From contig DAIENX010000025.1 of NCBI GenBank assembly GCA_027340875.1, forward strand, positions 1 through 30,106: a stretch of 30,106 nucleotides of DNA. Direction: 5' to 3'. Below, in pieces: positions 9,965 through 18,548 of this stretch (positions are counted from its first letter, which is position 1; every line of letters begins with the position of its first letter). Below the pieces are notes generated by a model, which saw nothing but the letters and a program-made list of their open reading frames with translations, had not been told where the DNA came from and searched no databases. The translations under genes and the position numbers were made by a program. The stretch comes from Elusimicrobiota bacterium. GTDB lineage: Bacteria; Elusimicrobiota; Elusimicrobia; Elusimicrobiales; UBA9959.

Positions 9965-10975
9965 CTACTTCGGTAGGTAGTTGTAGCGGAACTGGAACAT
10001 GCCGAGCAGGTCCCAGCCGCCCTTGAAGGTCAGGTAGGAGAGTTCGAAGTTCAAGTGCAACAGCGTGCCCAGGTGCAGGTTGAAGAGCCTGGGGGACTGC
10101 GGGGCCCCCTGGGGTATCATGAACTCGAGCCCTACAGGGGAATCTTTCCTCGGCATCCACATGATGCCGCCGAACAGCATGCCGGTGGGGACCTCGACGG
10201 CGGCCGAGGACGGACGGCCGTTGGTCAGGTTTATGGCCTCCTTGGAAAGGAACTCGGACATGTCGTAGAGGACCTTGGGCATGTCGCCGTCGGAATAGCC
10301 CGCGTTGACCAGGAATTTCGGATGCAGGCGCTTCGTCAGGGCCACGTAGGCGTTGGCGTAGGTGTTGGTGTTCTTGGAATCTATCTTGGTGGTTACCGAC
10401 GGCTGATTCAGCGCGGGCTGGGCGCCGTCCCTGAACTTAAGTATGCCCTGCACGCCGGCTGCCATGGCCGGGCGCCATTTGCCTTCCGTCTGCACCAGCA
10501 TCTTCGAGTCCGCCGAGAGGAGCCAGAGGCCTACGCGGTCCAGGTAGTTCTTCTTCTCGGTGGTCCATGAGAACGTGTTCTTGCCGTACAACCGGCCGAT
10601 ATAATAGGCCGCGTTGAAATCCAGTCCCAGCCCTATGGAATTGCGCCCTTTGCCGCGGTAGGCGGTGGGCATCATGACTATGCCGCTGAGAGGGGTCCTG
10701 CTCTCGTCGTAGCGGGACGGCTGGGAGGGCCCCGGCCGCGTCGCGGACGTCATGCCAGGCAGCGGCAGAGCTGAAGGCGACGCCGTGCTCTGCTGGGCTG
10801 CGGACTGCTGCGGAGACGGCTGCTGGCCGGAAGGTTGTGCTTGCTGGGCGGCCTGCATCGCGGCCTGCTGAGCGGCCTGCAGCTGCTGCTGGGCCTGCGG
10901 CGTTCCCTGCGGCTGGTTCTGGGCCGCGGCGGGTGCGGCAAGGAGCAGTACAAGGAGCAGGGAAGCGTTTTTCAT
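9965..10975 (-). CDS. Exported protein, probable outer-membrane beta-barrel (YjbH-like) with Gln/Pro-rich N-terminal linker
   Basis: Signal peptide MKNASLLLVLLLAAPAAA, Q/P/S-rich stretch, SGIVMMPTAY resembling the YjbH N-terminal motif, and amphipathic aromatic beta-strands ending MFQFRYNY. Confidence 0.6.
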   Translation of the reverse strand: MKNASLLLVLLLAAPAAAQNQPQGTPQAQQQLQAAQQAAMQAAQQAQPSGQQPSPQQSAAQQSTASPSALPLPGMTSATRPGPSQPSRYDESRTPLSGIVMMPTAYRGKGRNSIGLGLDFNAAYYIGRLYGKNTFSWTTEKKNYLDRVGLWLLSADSKMLVQTEGKWRPAMAAGVQGILKFRDGAQPALNQPSVTTKIDSKNTNTYANAYVALTKRLHPKFLVNAGYSDGDMPKVLYDMSEFLSKEAINLTNGRPSSAAVEVPTGMLFGGIMWMPRKDSPVGLEFMIPQGAPQSPRLFNLHLGTLLHLNFELSYLTFKGGWDLLGMFQFRYNYLPK

Positions 10976-11454
10976 AGCAATATCAGGGCCGCTAGCCGCG
11001 CCAGCAGATTGGCTTCCGCCCCGGCCAGCAGGTCATCAACAATTATACCAAAACCCCCGCGGCAGGTAGTCTCCAGCGACTTGATAGGCCAGGGCTTCAG
11101 CGTGTCGAGGGCGCGGAAAAGAACGAAGGCTGCTGCCAGATGGAAAGGGGTGCGGGGCAGGAACAGGATGGCGGTCCAGAAACCGATCATCTCGTCTATA
11201 ACTATGCGCGGGTCGTCGTGGGTGCCGTAGCTCCTGGAGGCCAGCGAGGCTATCCAGACCGAGAACGGCAGGAAGGCCAGACAGAACATGGCGAAGGTCC
11301 GCCCCTCGGGGAGGAAGGGGACCAGCGCCAGCGCCAGCAGCGAGCCGGCCATGCCCGAGCCGGTGAACTTCTTGAAACCAGTGATGCGGGCCGGTATGTA
11401 GCTGACGAAACCGCCGCTGGCGAGGAATCTGGCAGCGAAGTCAGAGGGCCGCAT
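10972..11454 (-). CDS. pgpA: Phosphatidylglycerophosphatase A
   Basis: SGMAGSL, HDDPRIVIDEMIG, FRALDTLKPWPI and GGFGIIVDDLLAG. Start reassigned to ATG 11454, which overlaps the pgsA stop (TGATG). Confidence 0.93.
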   Translation of the reverse strand: MRPSDFAARFLASGGFVSYIPARITGFKKFTGSGMAGSLLALALVPFLPEGRTFAMFCLAFLPFSVWIASLASRSYGTHDDPRIVIDEMIGFWTAILFLPRTPFHLAAAFVLFRALDTLKPWPIKSLETTCRGGFGIIVDDLLAGAEANLLARLAALILL

Positions 11455-12068
11455 CAGGGCTGCTTCGTCCTGTGCGTCCAGGATTTGTACAGCAGGAGGC
11501 GGTGTTTGTAGAGGTAGATAGCGCCGCTTATAACGGTGAAGAAAGCGGTGGAGACCGTGAGCCACCAGGTTATCGGCTTCGCCAGTTTCACTAAGTCCGC
11601 CAGTGGGGCGGGAAGAGGGTGCTTCCTGCCCCAGACTATGAGCACGAGGAGCGCCATTATCGTGAACGACGCGGTCAGCTGGATGGCGGTCTTTATCTTG
11701 CCTGCGGCTTCGGCCTTCATCACCTCTCCGTGCAGCGCCGCGAGCACGCGCAGCGTGGAGATGGTCAGTTCGCGCAGCAGAATCAGGAAGACGGCCCACA
11801 GCGGCACCGCCAGTTCGCGGATGGAGCCGAAGGCCAGCAGCACCGACATGACCAGGATCTTGTCGGCGAACGGGTCGGCGATGGCCCCGAAATGCGTCGT
11901 GGTCTGGGTGCGCCTGGCGATGGCGCCGTCGATGCCGTCGGAGATGCTGGCCACGGTAAGCAGCGACAGCGCCGCCACCTCGGACCAGATCGTCTTGAAG
12001 ACGATCAGGACGAAGATCGCCAGGCTCAGGGCCATGCGCCCCATCGTTATCCTGTTGGCCAGTGTCAT
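11454..12068 (-). CDS. pgsA: CDP-diacylglycerol--glycerol-3-phosphate 3-phosphatidyltransferase
   Basis: ANRITMGR, CDP-alcohol motif DGIDGAIARRTQTTTHFGAIADPFADK, RELTISTLR and GKIKT; adjacent to pgpA. Confidence 0.93.
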   Translation of the reverse strand: MTLANRITMGRMALSLAIFVLIVFKTIWSEVAALSLLTVASISDGIDGAIARRTQTTTHFGAIADPFADKILVMSVLLAFGSIRELAVPLWAVFLILLRELTISTLRVLAALHGEVMKAEAAGKIKTAIQLTASFTIMALLVLIVWGRKHPLPAPLADLVKLAKPITWWLTVSTAFFTVISGAIYLYKHRLLLYKSWTHRTKQP

Positions 12069-12109
12069 GTCGCTTGTCGTATCCTTGCCTTTAACGGTCC
12101 GCCGAAATG

Positions 12110-12844
12110 TTAATTCTTGAACTCCAGCGTCTCGGTGCCTTTCGGAGGCGTGAACTTGAAGAGCTTGCGGTCTATCTCCCCGTTCTTCGTCACCGACGTC
12201 AGCGTGGTGCGGATAACGGTGCCGTCCACGGAGAGTTCCGCGCCGGAGGGGAAGTAGTCGGTGGCGGAGAGGGTAAGCTTCAGCGTGTAGCCGGCACCTG
12301 AGCGCGGGGTGAAGGTGACGGTGAACGGCGCTCCGTCCTTCCCCCCCTCCACCCTGGTCTCGTTCTTGGCGGTCAGGGAGGAATAGTTGCCGAAGTCCAG
12401 GATGCCGGAGAAGTTCTGGTCCTGGGTCTTTCTCCAGGCCTCCCAGGCGGTCTTCACGACCTGCTTGTCCTCAGGCTTGTAGATCCAGATGTCGGTCTTG
12501 TCGGTGACGACCAACTGCCTGGAGGGCTTGATGTGTTCGATCCTGAGGAGGTTGGGTTTCACGTACTGCAGCTTGCCCTCTATGGACTGCTTAAGGCCGG
12601 CCTCGGTGAAAGAGACCTGCTGGGTGAAGTCCGCCTCGAGGGAATCCAGCCTGGAGTCCCAGGCCTTCAGCTCCCGTATCGCCTTTTCCTCCGGGGTCTC
12701 CGCCGCCGGAGCTGGCTTCTTGTCCGGCGCCGCAGCTGGGGCCGCGGTCTTCGGCTTCTGCTGCTGCTTGGGAGACTTCTTCTGCTGGGCCGCCGCGGGC
12801 ATGGCCAGGGCGAGCAGCAGTACCGCCGTCGTCATCCTATTCAT
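12110..12844 (-). CDS. lolA: Outer-membrane lipoprotein carrier protein LolA family
   Basis: Signal peptide, SLEADFTQ, YVKPNLLRIE, IWIYKPEDKQV and LFKFTPPKG; directly downstream of ftsK as commonly seen. Confidence 0.85.
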   Translation of the reverse strand: MNRMTTAVLLLALAMPAAAQQKKSPKQQQKPKTAAPAAAPDKKPAPAAETPEEKAIRELKAWDSRLDSLEADFTQQVSFTEAGLKQSIEGKLQYVKPNLLRIEHIKPSRQLVVTDKTDIWIYKPEDKQVVKTAWEAWRKTQDQNFSGILDFGNYSSLTAKNETRVEGGKDGAPFTVTFTPRSGAGYTLKLTLSATDYFPSGAELSVDGTVIRTTLTSVTKNGEIDRKLFKFTPPKGTETLEFKN

Positions 12845-15161
12845 TTCTCGAGAACTCCTCTGTAGCGGGTTCGTTTTCCTGGGGCTGCTGGGACTGGTGG
12901 GAGTTCAGGTGCGATTCTATCTTGTCGAAGAATATCTCCCAGCGGTTGGAGCCTTCCGGCTTGTGGATGAACCCGTTCATCTCCAGTATGCTCAAAATGT
13001 TGGTCGCTCGCGCGGAGGAGCCGAAGTGGGCTTTCAGCAGGTCCTGCGAGACGCGGCGGCGTTCCAGCACCAGGCGCAGGGCCGCCAGCATCTCCTCCGA
13101 GGAACTGCCCTTGCCGGTCCCGGCCGCCTCCTCGTCCTCCGCGAGAGGCTGGTAGTTGGGCCTGGCCTGGGCCTTCACGAAGTCCGCAACCTTGCGGATC
13201 TCCTCCTCGCCGACGAAGGCGCCCTGGATGCGGGAGGGCTTCTGAGCGTCTATGGCGAGATAGAGCAGGTCGCCCTTGCCTATCAGGGCCTCGGCTCCGG
13301 GGCTGTCGAGTATGACGCGTGAGTCGGTCTTCGAGGTTACCTGCAACGCGACGCGCGACGGAAGGTTGGCCTTGATCACGCCGGTGATGACGTCCACCGA
13401 CGGGCGCTGCGTGGCGAGCACCAGGTGGATGCCCACCGCGCGGGCCATCTGGGCGAGGCGCTGTATCGCGTCCTCGACGACGTTGCGGGTCTGCAGCATC
13501 AGGTCGGCCAGCTCGTCTATGACGATGACGATGTAATACTCCTGCGGCTGGCCGTTCTCCAGCGCCCATTTATTATAGGAAGTTATGTTCTTGACGCGGG
13601 CCTTCTCGAACTTCTTGTAGCGCTTCTCCATAACGCGCGTCATCGCGACCAGCGACTTCGCGGCGTCCTTCGGGTCGGTGATGACAGAGACGCGGTCCGG
13701 GGTCTCCTTCGGGTCGTAGAGGTAGGGTATGTCCTCGTAGAAAGTGAGCTCCAGGCGCTTGGGGTCGATGAAGAGGAACTTCACCTCGTCGGGCTTGTTG
13801 CGGAACATCAGCGACAGGATCAGCGACTGCATGAACACGCTCTTGCCGCTGGCGGTGGCCCCGGCGACGAGCAGGTGCGGCATGCTCTCGAGGTTGGCCA
13901 CGGCCACCTTGCCCTCGGCGTAGCGTCCCAGCGCGAACGTCAGCGGCGAGCGCGCGGCGTTGAACTCGGAGCTCTCGAGCAGCTCCCGCAGGCAGACCTT
14001 GGCGCGGGTGTTGTTCGGGATCTCGAAGCCGATGGCGGACTTGCCGGGGATAGGGGCGATCACGCGGATAGCGCCGGCGGACTTCATCGCCAGCGCGACG
14101 TCGTTGGAAAGGGAGACTATCGAGCTTATCTTCACTCCTGGCGCGGGGGTGACCTCGTAGCGGGTTATCACCGGGCCCGGGTAGACCCCGGAGACGTGGA
14201 CGTCTACGGCGAAGCTCTTGAACGTGGTCTCCAGCTGCACGCGTGCGGCGTTGATCTCGTTGTCGTCGGGGCCGACCACGGCGGACTGCTTCGACGGGGG
14301 CTCGAGCAGGGCGGAATCGGGCAGCTTGAAGTCCTTGAAATAAGGGTCAGACAGCTTGTCCTTGTCGGAATCGGCCTGCTGCGGCTTCGCGGGGGCAGAC
14401 TTCTGCGGCTTCGGCGCAGCGGCCGCCTCCGCGGCTGCCCGCACCACCTTGGGTTCCGGCGCGGGCTCGGGCTTCGCGGCGGGCGCCGGTTCCGGCTTGC
14501 CGCCGCGGTCAATGACCATCGGCGGAGGCTCCGGTATCGGCTTGGCCTCGTAGGCCTCGCCGGAACGTTCCTTGTCCGAGGCTATCTTGAGGCGGGCGTT
14601 GAGCTCCCGCTTGGCGGAGAGCCAGTTGCGGTAGTCGTCGGCGGCGGTGGAGGCGATCGCCTTGAAGACCTTGCGCCATGACACCTTGAAGAGGAGCTGG
14701 ACGCCGGCGAAGAAGAGGACGGCAGCGAACAGGCCGGCGCCGACGCCGCCGAACATGCGGGAGAGGGTCTGCTCCAGGAAGTAGCCCAGCCAGCCGCCGT
14801 CGAAATGTTCCGGGCCGAAGCGGGAGCTGAGCAGGCCGATGATGGCGGCCAGAGAGCCGAGTATCAGCAGTATGCCGCCGGTCAGCGTCAGAGCTCCCTT
14901 GTGGGGCTTGTTGACGTTGGCCAGTATGGCTATCAGGCCGTAGAGAAGGATGAACGGGAACAGGTACGCGGTATGGCCCAGGAAGGCGTGCAGGCCTCCG
15001 GCTATGGTATCGCCGAGGAAGCCGCGCGAGCCGGAGCTCAGCAGCGCCCAGGCCAGCCAGATGTTGAAGGAAAAAGCCCCCAGCCAGTACAGGGCGTAGG
15101 AGAAGGCTCCTGCCTTCTTCTTGCCCTGCGAGGCGGCTTTGTTCTTTACGAGGTTGCGCAT
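12837..15161 (-). CDS. ftsK: DNA translocase FtsK
   Basis: N-terminal 4TM region, Pro/Ala linker, GPVITRYE, PIPGKSAIGFEIPN, PHLLVAGATASGKS, IDPKRLEL, VIDELADLM, LATQRPSVDVITG, GAEALIGKGD and a C-terminal gamma domain. Confidence 0.97.
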   Translation of the reverse strand: MRNLVKNKAASQGKKKAGAFSYALYWLGAFSFNIWLAWALLSSGSRGFLGDTIAGGLHAFLGHTAYLFPFILLYGLIAILANVNKPHKGALTLTGGILLILGSLAAIIGLLSSRFGPEHFDGGWLGYFLEQTLSRMFGGVGAGLFAAVLFFAGVQLLFKVSWRKVFKAIASTAADDYRNWLSAKRELNARLKIASDKERSGEAYEAKPIPEPPPMVIDRGGKPEPAPAAKPEPAPEPKVVRAAAEAAAAPKPQKSAPAKPQQADSDKDKLSDPYFKDFKLPDSALLEPPSKQSAVVGPDDNEINAARVQLETTFKSFAVDVHVSGVYPGPVITRYEVTPAPGVKISSIVSLSNDVALAMKSAGAIRVIAPIPGKSAIGFEIPNNTRAKVCLRELLESSEFNAARSPLTFALGRYAEGKVAVANLESMPHLLVAGATASGKSVFMQSLILSLMFRNKPDEVKFLFIDPKRLELTFYEDIPYLYDPKETPDRVSVITDPKDAAKSLVAMTRVMEKRYKKFEKARVKNITSYNKWALENGQPQEYYIVIVIDELADLMLQTRNVVEDAIQRLAQMARAVGIHLVLATQRPSVDVITGVIKANLPSRVALQVTSKTDSRVILDSPGAEALIGKGDLLYLAIDAQKPSRIQGAFVGEEEIRKVADFVKAQARPNYQPLAEDEEAAGTGKGSSSEEMLAALRLVLERRRVSQDLLKAHFGSSARATNILSILEMNGFIHKPEGSNRWEIFFDKIESHLNSHQSQQPQENEPATEEFSRNE

Positions 15162-15210
15162 GATAATACTGTCGGCCGGGGCCGGAACACCGGTACGGCC
15201 GGCGCGGGCG

Positions 15211-15438
15211 TCACCCGCGCTCGGTCAGAAGCACCCGGAAGTTGAGTTCCTTGGGGTAAAGCGTCACCTTTCCCTGCGCCGCCAGCCACCCGAGGGCCAG
15301 GTAGAGGGCGGAGCTGGAAAGGTGGAGCTTCAGCTTGAGGTCCCAGGAGGAGGCGTCGCCGCCGGCGGCCTTGAGGGCTTCAAGGAGGTTGCCGGCGGTC
15401 TGGTCCAGCGTGTCGGAGAACTTCGCTGAGTCCTGCAT
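15211..15438 (-). CDS. Small winged-helix protein (DUF2582-like)
   Basis: 75 aa with AGNLLEAL...LYLALGWLAAQGKV, the pattern of this small wHTH family; starts 1 nt after the accB stop. Confidence 0.7.
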   Translation of the reverse strand: MQDSAKFSDTLDQTAGNLLEALKAAGGDASSWDLKLKLHLSSSALYLALGWLAAQGKVTLYPKELNFRVLLTERG

Positions 15439-15439
15439 A

Positions 15440-15928
15440 TTACCTCTTCACTATGAACAGGTCGCCGTTGGGCTCCACGGGCTTGCCGTTCTCCTGCATC
15501 ACCTTCAGGACGACGCAGTCGAACTCGGCCTTGATCTCGTTGAAGACCTTCATCGCCTCGATGACGCAGATGACCTGGCCTTCCTTGACGGTGTCGCCTT
15601 CCCTGACGTAGGGCGGGCTGGCCGGGCTGGGGGCGCGGTAGAAGATGCCGGACATCGGGGCCTTTATAGGCTCGCCGCCCTGCGGCATGGAGGGCTTGGC
15701 CGCCGGCGCTGCGGCGGACCTGGCCACGGCCGGGGCCGCGGCGGCCGCGTGGGCGGCCGGCGCGAAAACTGGTATCGGATGGACGACGTTGTTGTGCTTG
15801 CGGACCAGCTTTATGTAGGTGTCGTCCTTGGAGAACTCTATGACCTCCAGTTTGTTGGAGTTCATGAACTGGTAGAACTTCTGTACCTGGTCGAAAGCGG
15901 TTTCCTGTGTCTTGGCAGTCTTTTTCAT
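15440..15928 (-). CDS. accB: Acetyl-CoA carboxylase biotin carboxyl carrier protein
   Basis: Ala/Pro linker, IKAPMSGIFYRAPSP and biotinylation motif IEAMKVFNEI; SD GGAGG. Confidence 0.95.
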   Translation of the reverse strand: MKKTAKTQETAFDQVQKFYQFMNSNKLEVIEFSKDDTYIKLVRKHNNVVHPIPVFAPAAHAAAAAPAVARSAAAPAAKPSMPQGGEPIKAPMSGIFYRAPSPASPPYVREGDTVKEGQVICVIEAMKVFNEIKAEFDCVVLKVMQENGKPVEPNGDLFIVKR

Positions 15929-15946
15929 TTAGCCTCCGGTATTTGT

Positions 15947-15977
15947 CCCCGCCCCCGCGCCTGGCGCGGGGGCGGGG
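15947..15977. other. All-GC inverted repeat between pnp and accB
   Basis: CCCCGCCCCCGCGC-CTG-GCGCGGGGGCGGGG, with no U-tract on the coding (-) strand. Confidence 0.7.
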
Positions 15978-15983
15978 TATCGG

Positions 15984-18107
<2,124 letters not shown>

Positions 18108-18110
18108 GGG

Positions 18111-18380
18111 TTATTTCCTCAGCCCCAGCTGCTTGATGACCTTCTTGTACTCCTCCCGGTCGTTGATCTCCAGGTAGGCAAGGAGGCGTTTGCGCTGAGC
18201 TACGAGCTTGGAAAGGCCGCGCTGGGAGGCGTGGTCCTTCGGGCTGCCAGTAAGGTGCTTGGAAAGATACTGTATCCTTTCGGTTATCAGGGCCACCTGC
18301 ACCGAGGTGGAGCCTGTATCGTTGGGTTTAGCGGAGAACTTCTCCACTATTTCTCTGGTTTTGTTCTTGGTTAATGCCAT
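18111..18380 (-). CDS. rpsO: 30S ribosomal protein S15
   Basis: 89 aa with DTGSTSVQVALIT, KDHASQRGL, RKRLLAYL and LGLRK. Confidence 0.98.
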   Translation of the reverse strand: MALTKNKTREIVEKFSAKPNDTGSTSVQVALITERIQYLSKHLTGSPKDHASQRGLSKLVAQRKRLLAYLEINDREEYKKVIKQLGLRK

Positions 18381-18429
18381 TTTCTTCTCTCTTTTTGTTT
18401 TAGGTATTAGGTTTTTTTCCTATGGCATT

Positions 18430-18459
18430 ATTATATTAATTAGCCTCCTTTATAGTCAA
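18430..18459 (-). promoter_or_regulatory. sigma70 promoter of the rpsO-pnp operon
   Basis: Minus strand reads TTGACT-N18-TATAAT in an AT-rich patch. Confidence 0.75.
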
Positions 18460-18548
18460 TCCGGGACAGGCCGGCAAAAGCGCAGGAAAGCCCTGAAAAA
18501 CAAGCGGAAAATGCCTTGCCGCAGGCCGCCGGCATCGTCACCCCCGCG

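Noticed and set aside
11455..11799. N-terminal extension of pgpA in the ORF track (275 aa)
   Set aside because: Overlaps pgsA out of frame. ATG 11454 gives a normal-length PgpA coupled to the pgsA stop.
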